From positions 1 through 32,444 of the forward strand of contig JAPEUG010000183.1 of the NCBI GenBank assembly GCA_026025795.1: 32,444 nucleotides of DNA, written 5' to 3'. The stretch comes from Thelocarpon superellum. Its lineage: Eukaryota. The translations under genes and the position numbers were made by a program. The notes under the pieces are model-generated. The model searched no databases, was not told where the DNA came from, and was given only the letters and a program-made list of their open reading frames with translations. Positions 1 through 12,900 of this stretch are shown in pieces (within the stretch, counting starts at the first letter, position 1; each line of letters opens with the position of its first letter).

Positions 1-439
1 CAATTCCAATTCTTCGAGCAAATGTTCCAGGGTGGTGGCGGCCATCAGCAGCAACACCACCACCAACAGCCGGCCCAGAACGTACCCAGCGATTCGGACT
101 GGTACCAGCAGAATTACGAGGGTGGTACGGGTCCAACGTCTCCCTTCCTAGTCAGATCCATCTCCTCTTCCGTGTATCTGAAGAATCGTTCCTTCCCTGC
201 CTAATCCCTGCTCCACGATAATGCTAACTATTGGTGACGCCACAGCACACTGCTCCAACTACCTCTGTCCCGGCACATTAGCGTGTGTGCACTTCCCACA
301 CCATTGTCCATGTGCCTTTCCGAACGTCGAGGATAAAGTCGAACTGAGCGAGGGGAGCGCCATATGTATCTCCAAGGGCGGATGGAAGGATGGGGAGGCG
401 CTGCGAAAGGTCGAGCTGGCGAGGAAGGGTCTTTTGTGA
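1..439 (+). CDS. LCL2: Long chronological lifespan protein 2 (5' end outside window); exons <1-124, 246-439
   Basis: Frame 1 reads [25 protein letters not shown]. Intron 125-245 (GTACGG, GCTAAC, CACAG) joins in frame to [34 protein letters not shown], the typical Lcl2 signature. Confidence 0.92.
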
Positions 440-931
440 CAGCCTATGCATGGAGGGATGACCACGGCGTTATCGTGGCTTGGGAAATGTGCGATGTGAG
501 CATATTTGCGCAGGGTCAGCGATGTTCGATCATGCCGACCGCTTCATATCAGGATATTGTGGAAGCATTTAGATGGTCGTATTGCAGTCTGCAAAGACGC
601 TGCGCTGCGTACTAGACGAAGTACAATCATGTAACTAAGCCTTTCCATAGCGGGCCGCCTGCACTGCGACGGCCCGGCCCCGGGTACGGATTAACGACAG
701 CCAACTAACAGTGGTATCGACCGCGCTGGGAGCACAATATTAGCGACGTCACGTGCCTTCAACCACGAGCTCCACAGTTTCTGATAACTATGTGAAGTTG
801 AATGAACTAGTTGGCGGAGGATCGAACAAATTTGTAGCTGGAGGCCCGCCGCTTTCCATCTCCACCCGCCGTCCCATCTCTCGATTCCTTTCGTCCGCGC
901 GTGCAAGCTCCTAATATCACTGCAACCCATC

Positions 932-1285
932 ATGCATCTCATGTACACGATCTCGCCCACGACGGGCGCGCGACAATACACGCTCCACAAGATCCAGAAC
1001 GGCGAAGTCACGAAATCCGCGCACCCCGCCAGATTCTCGCCCGATGACAAGTATTCAAGGTGGGTGCCTGGCTTCGTCTGTTCAAATTCAACACGTCGTA
1101 CCCTCAGACGCTGATCGTTTGTCCATCAGACACCGCGTCACGCTCAAGCGACGATATGGCTTGCTTTTGACGCAGCAGAGTGAGTGGTGCATCCTGGCCG
1201 TGGACACGAGGAAGTGGCGGTGATGGTGAGAGTGTTCTGGAGCTGACGGTTGGTGGTAGAGCAGGGAAAGGCCCTGGGTCAATGA
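932..1285 (+). CDS. NOP10: H/ACA snoRNP subunit Nop10; exons 932-1059, 1130-1179, 1260-1285
   Basis: [44 protein letters not shown]. Introns 1060-1129 (GTGGGT..CAG) and 1180-1259 (GTGAGT..CTGAC..TAG). The last exon is less certain. Confidence 0.93.
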
Positions 1286-1488
1286 GGTCGGTCAATGAGA
1301 GGATATGCGCGAGCGGCTTATGGACGATGGGTCCTTGCATGGCGTTTTGGGTCGTTGGAACATGATTCAGAGTCCTAGTATCGTGGACCATCTGAGTCTC
1401 TCGATATGCCAGATACCATTCCGCAACACTACCGTCAACTACGTCCGACCTGCGTAAGCCTCTTCCTCGCCCAGTGCCCATCCACCGT

Positions 1489-2772
1489 CTACATGCGCTT
1501 TCGTGAATTGATGTTCCTGCCGCCGCCAACCTTTGGCCGGCCCCCTGTTCGGCCTCTTTCGCCGGTCAAGATGGCCGGAAGGTAGTCCTCGTCCATCAGA
1601 TCTCGCTCGGTGACGCGCCGCCGGGTCGTCAAGGCCTGAACATACTCCTTCTGGTCTTCGGCCAAGATCAGGCCCTGGCCCCAGCCACCTTGTCCGCCGC
1701 CCTTGCCTCCACCTCCCACGTTGAGCTTGCCGCTGGAAGAACCACCGACGGGCTTGGGGATGCTAAACTTGTTCCCTCGCGTGTTCCACTGCATGTTTTT
1801 CTTCAGATGGATCTTAAACTCGCCGTTGTCGAGTGTGGAACACGATACCCGCATCAACGTGGGCTTGCCACATCGGCTGCAGAACTGCTTCGACATGTCC
1901 TTCGTCTTGGCGAAGCACGCATGGCATCGGAGAAGATAGGTTTTGAGATGTCGTACCCGCTGAAGCTGGGGCGAAACCAAGTTGAGGTTCATTTGAAGTA
2001 GCACATTTTGCAGGGCAAAATCCGTAGTCATCGTCGCGACTTGCATCACCTTCTGCTCCTGGCTGGGCTGCGTCAACGCGCCCGTGTCTTTGGCCTGATG
2101 TCGCTTGATGTTCGACGGCGTGATCCAACCGTCGGAGTCAGAGTCTCCAGACGCCGCAGTGGCCTGCACATCCTCGGCGGCATCGCTCTCGGAGTGGTCA
2201 GCTTCTGCTGAGCCTGGATGGCCTTCAAGATCCAGCTGTCCTAGTGACGGGGTGATGGTCTCCAGATCCGACGCCATGGTTTCCTCCCGTCCTAATGTTT
2301 CCACGTCGGCCTGGACAATCGCATTTGCCTCTGCTCCCGTGCAGGCCTCCGCCTCCGCGACAGTTGCTGCTGCAAGGGCCAGGTTCGCGCGCTGAGGTGG
2401 TGCTCCATTCAGGCCTTTTTGACCCGGCACGCTCCGAAGCCGCCAGTTGCCTCCGTTCCTCTCGCATTCGAGCTCATAGGCGAGGGCGGCAATCTGGAGA
2501 TCGGGTCGGCTCAGCACCTCGAGGTCGCCCGTCTTTCTCGCAAAGTCCGTTACAATCTTAAGGTTCTCGGGCTTAGGGGTGCGAAAGGTGAGAAAGGGTA
2601 GGAGGGCGGTTTCAACCCGGGCCCGGGCCGCAGCATCTCGAATCTCCGTGAGGACGGACGGGACCGTGAGGATCAGTTCGGATTGGGCGAGAAGAGTCGA
2701 CACTGTTGGGTCATTTTTTAAGATCGGACCAGCATCGAGGATGATCGTATGTATGGGCGTTGGGTCCGGCAT
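1489..2772 (-). CDS. NOB1: 20S pre-rRNA D-site endonuclease Nob1 (PIN domain + Zn ribbon)
   Basis: 427-aa single-exon ORF with IILDAG, TGDLEVLSRPD, GWITPSNI, TTDFALQNVLLQMNL, RCHACF..FCSRCG. Confidence 0.96.
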   Translation of the reverse strand: MPDPTPIHTIILDAGPILKNDPTVSTLLAQSELILTVPSVLTEIRDAAARARVETALLPFLTFRTPKPENLKIVTDFARKTGDLEVLSRPDLQIAALAYELECERNGGNWRLRSVPGQKGLNGAPPQRANLALAAATVAEAEACTGAEANAIVQADVETLGREETMASDLETITPSLGQLDLEGHPGSAEADHSESDAAEDVQATAASGDSDSDGWITPSNIKRHQAKDTGALTQPSQEQKVMQVATMTTDFALQNVLLQMNLNLVSPQLQRVRHLKTYLLRCHACFAKTKDMSKQFCSRCGKPTLMRVSCSTLDNGEFKIHLKKNMQWNTRGNKFSIPKPVGGSSSGKLNVGGGGKGGGQGGWGQGLILAEDQKEYVQALTTRRRVTERDLMDEDYLPAILTGERGRTGGRPKVGGGRNINSRKRM

Positions 2773-3283
2773 CGTGGAAGGACCATGCCGTTGGAGGGTG
2801 ACGTCGATGGCAGGTGGGGACGAGGGCGGCTCAAAAGATTTCGATTCGTTCGGTGATCTCGTCGCGAACCAGGACTCAGCCCTATCTGCCCACCCGATCA
2901 GCCAGGTTCACGGTCGTCACGCTCGCAAACATCAATAGTATAGGAGCCAGAGCTGTCTTGCAACTTTTACGCGTAGCTGAGATAGTATAGAAAGGGTGCA
3001 CATGACTGAGTCACATGTGTGCCCCCACAATGCCATTTTTCTCCAAACAAGAGAAACCCTACGATTCGAGGGGGACATGACCGGGCATCGCCGTCTTACG
3101 AGTCCACCATCGGTTTTTCGTCCACCCCGCCTGTACTTATGCTAGGCGTCTATCCAGCCACGAGAGCTTCTCGGCAAGATCTCTCACCGCAGGGCGTGAC
3201 ATCTCATGGCACTCAGACGCCGAAGCGAAACATCACGTCGTCCTTCACTTTACGCCCCCCGTGTCTCGTCTGCTCGTTTACGT

Positions 3284-4976
3284 TCATCCAGTCACATCTG
3301 GTAGTCGTACGGCGATGTCGCCGGACTGGGTAATGTATCGCACCCATGGCAAGGACGGGTATTGCAGCTGTACCGGTTGATGGTCAGCCAATGGTATACT
3401 CCGAAGGGGACGCAACCCCGGCAGCCACCGACCTTGGGCTCGATGATCTTCAGATACCGAACCTGGATCCCGCTCGTCGTAAAGTAAGGGATCTCAAACT
3501 TGACGCTGATGGGCCGCTTGCTCTTCCCCCCTTGCGCCCCACCCATGCTACCGCCAAAGCCGCCCGTCATCCCCCCTCCGTGTTCGTCGTCGCCCTTGAC
3601 GCTAGGCAGTCCGAGCTCGGCTCGCATGAGGAACTCTTTGCCCCCACCAAACTGCTTGATCTTCCAGATGATGGCTGAGGTCTCGGGCGCGTAGTGCACT
3701 GATCCAATGTTGGTGCGGAAACGCGGCGAATCAGCATCATCCGGCACCGGCACGAGGATCTCGACATTGTTGGCCGTCGAGCGCCGTTTGAATTGTGCCT
3801 TGGCCTATTCCGCGCCCGCCAATCAGCCATGGAGCGAGAGCGCCGACACGAGTCGTAGCACCCACCTTGAGCATGTACTCGATCCGCGAGCCAGAGTGTG
3901 ACTCGACCACGCACTCGACCCAGATCAGCGGCTTGACTTGCGTGTTGAGTCGATAGCTCATCAACTCGAATTCTCCATCCGGTGGAATGAAGCTGATGGT
4001 CCGGTCGTTCTCAAATCGACTCAATCGGACGCACTGGTGAAATTTGACATCTTCCATCTCCACCGCCTTCCCCCTGGTAGCCCGTCCGGTCGTCTCAAAC
4101 ATGACCTTGTCGTTGAGGCCCAAGCGTAACTCCGGCATCCCGCTCAGGTAGCACTTCATCTTGACCGCACCCAGGATTTCGGAACGGAGCACGTTCCCGT
4201 TCGAGGACACGAGCAGGTTGAGCGACTCGACCACGTCCAGAAAGACCTCATTCTTCCGGTATCGGATTCCCTCGCTTCGCCACGAGACGGCGTTAGTGAC
4301 GGCGATGGGTGGTCGAGCTTGTACCTCGAGTTTGTGTGATTCCTGTGTGATGTATCTGCGAGCCCGCCATAAGCGCCTGGCCCAGCCATCGACCAAGGTA
4401 AGTCGCTTACTCTTGGAGGATCTTGCTCTCGGTCGTCTGCGGGTAGCCAAAGTCCATCATCTCGTCTAACAACTCATAGATGATGACAAAGTTGTCCCGG
4501 ATGCTCTCTTCCTCGAGCTCTTTGAAGTATTCGGTAAAGACCTCCACGATCTTGTGAAGAAAGAGAAGGATCTCAGCGGCGTTGGTGTTACGTTTGGTCA
4601 AGGCCAAGAGATAGAGGTTATTGTGTCGGATGTAGAGATACTGATGGTGGCCCGCAAATATTAGCTTCGCCATTCATCCGCTGCACGAGCCAGAGCAGTT
4701 GTCGGAGCGGACATGAGCATTTCGTCTGGGCGGCTCAGGAGATACGAACATTGATGCCCTCGTCGGAGAAGCATGGCGGAACGGCGGATGACTCTTCTTC
4801 GGCTTCGCTCAGGAGGATGGGGAATTTTTCCACCGCAGACATGGGGAGATCACCCCGATAATTACGGGCCAAGAGCGTCTGTTGAGACGCACATGTCAGC
4901 GTAGAGCAAGCAAGGCGGAACGGGAGACGTCGATTACCTTGCCCTTGAGATCTAAGAAGAAGACCGCCGACGCCAT
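3284..4976 (-). CDS. APM1: AP-1 adaptor complex mu subunit; exons 4976-4938, 4878-4750, 4640-4411, 4355-3866, 3804-3433, 3367-3284
   Basis: Spliced translation MASAVFFLDLKGK|TLLARNYRGD..|YLYIRHNNLY..IRDNFVIIYELLDEMMDFGYPQ..|WRSEGIRYRKNEVFLDV..ISFIPPDGEFELMSY..|..GIQVRYLKIIEPK|LQYPSLPWVRYITQSG. Five canonical GT-AG introns keep the frame. Confidence 0.96.
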
Positions 4977-6676
4977 CGTGTCGGGTCACAGAGCGACGGC
5001 TCGTCGCAGTTCCGCAACCCTTCGTAAGGACTTCACCAATTCCGGATCTTCGGGTCATGACATGGTAGCTTCCACAGTACGGAGGATTGTCGTGTGGGAA
5101 GCGCTCGACATGCACCAGCGTTGAGTGCTCGAGGATGCCCGACATGGCGTTTATTCTTCCCATTGGCACCACTGGCTCGCCCTCGCCGCCTAAGACGCGC
5201 TTATCCTACTAGCACAGCCGCGCTCGGGTCGAGCACTATGTTACCGAAAACTCCAACAGTCTCGCTCCCGGAAATACATCAACGCGCCCAATAGACAGTG
5301 CAGCCTAACACCCACGAATGGAGTCTGACTTTCTGTCGACTCCCTTGTTGGCTTTGATTGTTGGACTCTGCGATACAGAGGCGCGGAGACGGATCACTCG
5401 AGGTGCCATAAGAACTGGCCAGGCGTTATTCCATGTTGCCTGGCCGGTGTCAGAGGCACCAAACAAATCGCAACCCTTTCGTGTCTGTTGCAAGCCCGCA
5501 TCCTCAGGAACGTTTCGACGCTAGCTCCTGACACATCGAAGCGATCTTTCTTCTCCGGGACTCAGCATGTGTCCAATGATGCGAATCGATGGTGTCCTGT
5601 AGATGCTATTCGAGATCAAATCTGGGCTCGATGTCAAAGGGCATGAGGTACTGATTGTGCGTGGCTGCATGGGAGAAACTTAATCATCTCCAGTCCACAG
5701 GGAGTCTACATCACCGCCGGTTGAAAGACTTCATGCCTTCGAGGGGCCTCTTGGCTCATTCTCAGCTCGACCACCCATTTTCATAGCATGAGACGTAGCG
5801 AACAGAATCGGAACGGAGCGGGCGTGACTGCAGTCTTCCGTACCAACTTACTCGACCATCTTTTCCTCTCTAGCAGTTACCCTCAAGAAGGAATAGCCAC
5901 AAGGACCTCGTTCAGTTGCCTTGATCCTGATCGCGCTCAGGGTTACAGTCGAAAGCATCATCGTCGTCGTCATGGACAAGAAGGGCGAGCGCTCAAATGC
6001 GCGAATCACCACGAAACGGCGTTCGAATCCATGGTTGGGCAATCAAACTGATGCCCACACGAGCCGCAATGCGTCGTGCCTGCCGAGCACGGTAAGGGGA
6101 GGGAGGGGCTAAGAAAGTCGCCGGCAGCTCGCCCCAATAGCGAATACGAAGCGCGGGGGCTATGTAATTGGGCGGTCTAAGCCGCGGCGGAGGTTTATAA
6201 GCCGACCGCAACAACAACATCATCGTCCGTGATCATGGCGATGTGATGGTGCATCTTAGCAATCAACGACGCTTCGGCCCTTGCTCAGAATGAGGGCGGC
6301 AGTGGGTCAGGTATGGCGCAGTTGGCCGCGAGACCGACGGCTTTCCTGGAGATTGCCCTGTCCGCTTCGTTTGTCATTCACTCGGAGACTTTTCTCGTCC
6401 GCCGCCGGCTGGCGCGTCGCGATTCCCGCTATTCCGCGTCTGAGTACCCTAGGAGAACGTCGGAGCCGACAAGAGATTGTAAATATAGGAGGCCGCTGCG
6501 CACAATCGTTGACGCGATTGCTCTCGCTGCTTCTCTAGTGATCTTGACTTCTACGTTCCCCCACACTATGCTCTCCGCCGATCCGTCTTGCTTCCCAGGA
6601 CGTCTTTGAACATAAAAGACCCCTCCCCTTTCCCTTCCGCCGCCGCCATTTGCTGCAGCGCTCCTTGCCGAGTATC

Positions 6677-7819
6677 ATGGCAAAGCAGATTGTCATCATC
6701 GGGGGCTCGTGGGTCGGCCTAGGCCTGGCCCATAAGCTTCTCAAGCACTCCCTCCCGGCTCTTCCGGGTGTCTTCAAGATCGTTCTCATCTCCACCTCCT
6801 CGCACCTGTACCTGAACCTTGCCGTGCCGCGAGCGGTCGTCCCAGGTCTCATTCCCGACGAGAAGCTGGGGCACCCGATCGCATCCAGCTTCGCCAAATA
6901 TCCCAAGGATAGCTTCGAATTCATCGAAGGCACGGCGGAGCGCTTTAACGACAAGACGAAGGAGGTCAGCGTCAAGACGGCAAGCGGCGACGTGACTGTG
7001 GCATTCGACATCGCCGTGATCGCCACGGGCTCCACTTACTCTGGCGGTCTGCCCTTCAAAGGCACCGGGACCTTCCAGCAGACGCTCGACGACCTCCACG
7101 CGCTCCAGCAACGCATCGCCAACGCCAATGACATCGTGATCGGCGGCGCCGGCGCCACCGGGGTTGAGACGGCGGCTGAGATTGCGGAGGAGTACCACAG
7201 CAAGGGCAAGAAGGTCACCATCATCTCCGCTACCGCAGGTCTTCTTCCTGCCGTGCGGGAAGACGTGGGCAAGACGGCGGCCAAGGAGCTGGAGAAATTT
7301 GGCGTCACTGTCATCGGCAACAGCATGGTGGATTCGGCCACCAAGTCGGGCGACAAGACGGAGCTCAAGCTGTCGACGGGTAGGACGCTGACCACAGATC
7401 TATACATCTCCACCGTTGGCGTCACGCCCAACGTCGGCTTTCTGCCGGCACATCTCCTGACCAGCGATGGCAAACTCGTCGTCGATGAGTACCAACGTGT
7501 CAAGGGAACGACGGACATATACGCTGCCGGGGACGTGGTGGATGGACAGCGGAAACAGCTCAAATTCGCCGAAGACCAGACCGTCTACCTGGCCGCCGCA
7601 TTGGACATGGTGCTCAAGAAAAGGCAAGCGAAGCCCTTCAAACAAAACAACACGGTACTCCTCGCCGCTTCACTCGGCCGCAGCAAAGGCGTAGGCATCC
7701 TCGGCTACTTCCGGCTGCCGAGCGTCATGGTCTGGTACGTGAAGGGGAGATACCTGGCCACCGACAAGCTGGTGTCATATTCAGAAGGGCAGAAGTTTAT
7801 CACGGTTGGAAACATGTGA
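6677..7819 (+). CDS. AIF/AMID (FSP1)-like FAD-dependent NAD(P)H oxidoreductase
   Basis: Intronless 380-aa ORF with IVIIGGSWVG (FAD), IATGS, IVIGGAGATGVETAAEI (NADH) and IYAAGD motifs. TATA-like CATAAAA at ~6611. Confidence 0.88.
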   Translation: MAKQIVIIGGSWVGLGLAHKLLKHSLPALPGVFKIVLISTSSHLYLNLAVPRAVVPGLIPDEKLGHPIASSFAKYPKDSFEFIEGTAERFNDKTKEVSVKTASGDVTVAFDIAVIATGSTYSGGLPFKGTGTFQQTLDDLHALQQRIANANDIVIGGAGATGVETAAEIAEEYHSKGKKVTIISATAGLLPAVREDVGKTAAKELEKFGVTVIGNSMVDSATKSGDKTELKLSTGRTLTTDLYISTVGVTPNVGFLPAHLLTSDGKLVVDEYQRVKGTTDIYAAGDVVDGQRKQLKFAEDQTVYLAAALDMVLKKRQAKPFKQNNTVLLAASLGRSKGVGILGYFRLPSVMVWYVKGRYLATDKLVSYSEGQKFITVGNM

Positions 7820-9351
7820 GGAAAGGAGCACGTATGGAGCGTGCGATGTATCAGCGGCGGTGCTTGGAAAGTTTGGGGGAGACGGGCTGTTAATGTTCGT
7901 AAGTCGCGTTGTGGGCTGGGACGGACACTTGGCAGATTCATTCTGTCCCATTGGCCGACTCTGAAGAACTGCTTAATGTCATTCTCAAAAAAAGAAATGC
8001 TTCAATGACTACAAATATCCGTCTTGTCTGTATCATTTAGAGCCTTCAGAGTCTTTTTCGGACGCAGGTCTGCTCACGCTCCGGCGTGCAAGCTTCTGAT
8101 GCTTACTAAGCCTGCGTGCGAGCTGTCGGTCCGCACTGCAGCACGTGAGTTGGGCCCCGAAGCCAGCCGTGGGTCCGTTTGTGGGGCTCCGTCCGTATAT
8201 GTTCAGTGAGTCGCTTCGTACTCGTACATCAGTGAGCCTTCCACATAGAGTTCCGCATGTCGACAGCTGGAGCAGCGGTGGTCAAAGTACCAAGACTGCT
8301 GCAGAGTGCAACGAGCGTGAGTGAGCCCATGAGACGGGACGATTCTTCCGTCTCTGCAATTTTGATTTGTCGAATTAATCGGGCGGCCATGGCCTTGTCG
8401 TACTGCAACTACAATGGGCGGGCTTAAAGCAAAAATCTCAAGTCCCGTTGGCGGCTAAGATAGCCCACTTGCGGCGCCCCGGCAAGAATTAAAACACCAC
8501 GCTGCATGCAATGCCAGCTCATCGTCGCATGCATGCACTGCCTGGCCTTCGGTACCGCGACCTGCGCCTTGCGATTCGATACCATTCCCCGCGTGCAGGA
8601 ATTTCCTCGATGATCAGTGGCCTTTTGCCATCGTTCCGCCAAGGTGAAAGTCTGGGTGCTGTCGGTCTCCTCGACCGGTGGGCGGCGACATGCGCGGCCA
8701 CGAGCACCTGATCGATCTCACCGAGATGGGCGCCAGAACTGTGGGAAGCCTGCCACCATCCTCATCCTCATCCTGAACAACGCCTATATCGATATCCATG
8801 GCTGATCTGTGCCCGCCCGACACGGTAGGCTGCACACCAGGCTGTAGATGTTACGACCGGATGCTTTGTTGGATGGCCGATGTAGCACGGGAGCACTCGT
8901 CGAGTTGTGCAGGCGTCAAGACTCCGTGCGTCTCCAACGGAACACGTCCGCCCTAAAACGCCACGGTGGCGGCCGCGAGACCGTCAAGTTGTCACCATCG
9001 GCAGCAGGGACTCTATGCCATGTCGGATCTAGTGGGGCCGACGGTGGACAGCACAGACCGAGCTGATTAGCTGCAGCTGACCTGCATCGTGCTCAATTGA
9101 GTTGCCGTCACCGGCCGCCCGTGACTCCCCACCTCTAGAGCGCCCATTGTCCATCGGACGGGGACCCATGCTTGTCACGCTACCGATCGTCCGGTCAGAG
9201 GTGATTCGCCGTCGACTGGTAGGCGACTTCGGCCACCATGCTAGAATGAGGTGTCCGCTGCTGTCTCACAACGAAGCATCTACAGGTAGGCTCTGGTACG
9301 AGTGCCGGTAAATACGCCGTGGCTGCTGGCTTGACCCAGAGCCAGCGATCG

Positions 9352-9375
9352 GGACCTGGACCTGGACCTGGACCT
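9352..9375. repeat. (GGACCT)4 tandem repeat
   Basis: Directly visible, about 610 bp upstream of the 9985 ATG. Confidence 0.9.
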
Positions 9376-9984
9376 GAATGAGCGCAACGGGCGAGAGGGG
9401 GCAGTCTCGATTCAACACGCGTCCCTGCCCCGCCGCACACGTCGTTGTGCCATCTAAAACGTCGCACTCGGTCCGCCACTGGAGACTCGGCCGGTACGGT
9501 GTGTTCTTGCTCAAGCGCGGCGCGGCACCATCACTAGGGTTAAGCTGCCCGGCCCCGTCTGTGAACCGTGGGCCCGTCGTCTGCCAGCGCCGATCGCACG
9601 CTCCATCAGGCGACGATCGCACGGTGGAGCCCAGTGCAACGACTACGAACACCACTACCGTTCGTGCCACAGCGACCGACCACCCACCGTTATCGCCCGG
9701 ATACCGGGGGTCATATTGGAGGCGGGGCGCGCCGATTCGCGAATGCCACCTCCGTGCGACTCGACTCACCTCCGTCCTCGTCGTCCATCACCCTGGGCCC
9801 CGGCTGCCTGAAGCGGCGGTGCTCAGCCCTGCGTGTACACGACGCCGACGAGCCTTGCCGGACGCATGGGCGCACCTCGGTCGCCCGTCCCTGAGCCCGG
9901 GCCTGCTAGTTGCTGCAGCAGCGTCAGCGCGACGCTGACCTGGCCGGGCGTCAACCGGCCGCGGTCGAGGCAAGGCGACGCTCG

Positions 9985-12900
9985 ATGACTGATGGCGGCA
10001 TGAATGAGCGCCCTCGTCTGTCGTCGCCGCTGGCGCGGGCGCCGGCTCATCACTCCTGTCGTACGTGGACCCTTCCCTCCCGGCTCATCGCCGCCCTTCT
10101 CTGTGCGTGGTCGAAGCTATTTGGACCGACTGTTGCCAATCATGTCCCCGCCAACTTCCTGCATCGAAAACTCTGTACGATGAGCTGGCAGCGATTCAGC
10201 ACCCCGCTAACGCGCTACGCATGAAGCTTCCTCCCCGACGCTCACCCGAACCTCCTCTAGAAATCCATCTCCCTTCCCCCCGCGCCCTCATGGACCCTTC
10301 TCACTCCGCCTGTCCGCCGTGTCTGACCCTCGCCGTCGGCCCCGGTCGCAATCGCTCTCGGCCACCGCGCCGGCGACGAATATGGGCCTGGGGCCACCGC
10401 GACGACCGCTGCACGACCCGGCCGCCGGCTCTCGTTGCCCCTCCGTCGACACCACTGCCTCCGCTCCCGCCGGTGACCTCCCCCGCTGGCCGCTTCACGA
10501 TGTCGCGCAATACTCCGAGGCCGATCTTCCTCGGGCCGCGGTCACCACGACCACGACCACCCTCGCCGAGTTGGCACGCCTCGTCCGCGCCCAGACCTAC
10601 CACGATCGCCGGCGGGCCGAGACCCGGCTGAGGCTTCACCGATGCTTGGTCGCCAGCGCCCTCGCCGCGCGACTAGCCCGCGCTGGCGACCTGGCCCATC
10701 GGACCTTGGTGGACAAATTCCGATCGGACGACAAGAAGGGCTTTGCCGTCCTCTACAATGCCATTCATGACGTCCGTAGCTCCTGTGACGCCACCCGACG
10801 CTATGCCTCGCTGGAGCCGGATCTCGACCGGGCAACGCCTGCCAAGAACGCGCACGCCGAGGCCTCGCCCGTGCTGTCTACGTTCATGGACCGTCTCCCC
10901 CAACAGACGCAGGCCGACTTCGTGGACCTCGTGTCGCGCCTGCGCACCGACCCGGACTTTCTGGCGGGGCGACTGTGCTCCCTCTCCACGTCCGAGCTGG
11001 CGTCCTTGACGGCCTTTCACCAGTCCCTGGACCCCGTAGACTCCGTCATGCCATCACATCCTCGAGGAAGGCCCTCGGGTCCCCCGCTGCACCGGTCGAC
11101 GACACATAGTCTCACCCCAGTGGAGCGGCTGCTCTCCTTTCACCGTCGTGACCCCCTCTGTACTCTGCTCTATACCGTCTTTGCGGCAACCGCCGCGCCT
11201 GATGCCGCCGAGGACCGGCGTCGCACCGATATCTGGTCCACCGCATGTGCCAGGATGATCGCCGACGCGAGCCCGGGCGGGGAGCAATTTCTCCGTGTTG
11301 TTCTCAATGCCTGGGCAGCCATGTGGCCATGGCCTGCCAAGAGCCGACTGGAACTGTACTTGATGAAGGCGCTGCAGGACGGCGCCTTTCTCCTCGACAA
11401 GGTCGACGACGGCGCGCCACGCACTCAAGTGTCGTCCGAGGCACGCCCCCCAAAGGATGCCATCGCCGCCGAGGAATTTTTCGATGCCGCCGTGCGCCAG
11501 CTCTTCCAGGTGCTGGACGACGAATCCGCCGCCGGCGGTCTTCCCACGGGCGTCGTCGAGCTGGGCCGGGCCATCCTCCAGAAGTTGGACGAGCCCGGCA
11601 AGCAACGCGCCGCGCAGACCTTCATCGTATCGAAGTGGTTCTTCTCCCATTTTTTACTCAACGCTCTCATCTATCCCGAGGTAGGTCCCCTTCACTCTCC
11701 TACTCATGGGTGGGCCTCGTGCTCACGACGCGATAGTCTCATGGCATGATGTCGGGGCATCATATCACGGAATACGCACGCCAACGCATCTTCAAAGAGA
11801 TCGCGAGCCAGGCATCGAAATATGTACTGGATACCACCTTTAATTGGAAGCAGAGCGTGCCCGTGCTTCCGGAGATTCGATCTCACATTGATCATATTCT
11901 CGCACGCTTTCACCCCTCGCGCCGGTCGCGAGTCCCTCCGGTGCTGGTCCCCGTCGCGTCCACGACGTCACCTCCAGCCATGGTGGAGGTCGAGCCCTTC
12001 TTGATGGTGTGCCCCGCCGATCTCCAAACCATCGTGAACGCGCTCTTCCCGGAGCGGCGCCCGCCCTCGGGATCCTTGGAGAAGGATCTGCATCACCGAG
12101 GTCTCCGGTCGGCGGCCTCATCCGTGTCCATCGCGTCTGCTCTTTCCACGCCCTTTCGGGTCCATACACCGTCCCTCGGAGGAGTGGACGCGGGATCGAT
12201 GCTTAGCACCAGTGGCTCGTCCATGATGAGCGACGCCACCTCACGTGAGCCGCTCCTCGACATGCTCGGACAGAGCACAGATGGACGGTCTTCGTACACA
12301 TCCTTCGGGTCGCGTGAGACCTTGCAGAACTACCAGAAACCTTCCACTATGGAGGAATACGGCCAGAGGCTCCGTGTGGCCCTGGACGAGATGGTTCAGC
12401 ATCTTGGTCCGGTGGCCGTCGCTGGCTCATCCCATCCGTGTGCTGAGGATTGGACGATCTTGTACGTCTCGTCGGACGGTGACTCGCTTGCGACAAGAAC
12501 CCACCAGGACTGGGACCGCGACGATGAGGACGACTCCTCCTTCCCGGATAGCGAGAGTGATGGAGACGCGCCCTTGGACGCTGTGGATCTAGAGCGGGAG
12601 TACCACCAACTCAAGGACGTCATCATCCGATTACTCCAGAAGTATGAGCTGCCCGAGAAGAGCGCGCCAGGGCACCGCTCCACCCGATCGCGGGGACGGG
12701 CGTTGACGTTCGACGACCGACCGGACACGGATGGTGCGAGCGCCGGACTCCGAGCGGATCCTAGCGGGGAGGGTCTGTCCAAGAACCCCTACCAAAGTCA
12801 GAGACACCTCTCCGGTATGATCGCGACGCAGAAGGACGGCGCTTCTGAGCGTCGGCGATCGCAACGCGCGCGAGACCGTGGCGAGCACGCCCGGTCGTCT

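Noticed and set aside
5290..6600. Short ORFs and protein-like fragments between APM1 and the oxidoreductase (e.g. minus-strand NQYLMPFDIEPRFDLE*HLQD..)
   Set aside because: Multiple stops, no consistent splice model and no family motif I can confirm. It could be a relic, but BLASTx is needed.
7900..9950. 2-kb gene-free region with many 60-190 aa ORFs; checked for TPP riboswitch and snoRNA motifs
   Set aside because: ORFs are Arg/Pro-rich GC-noise, and I found no convincing RNA family motif.
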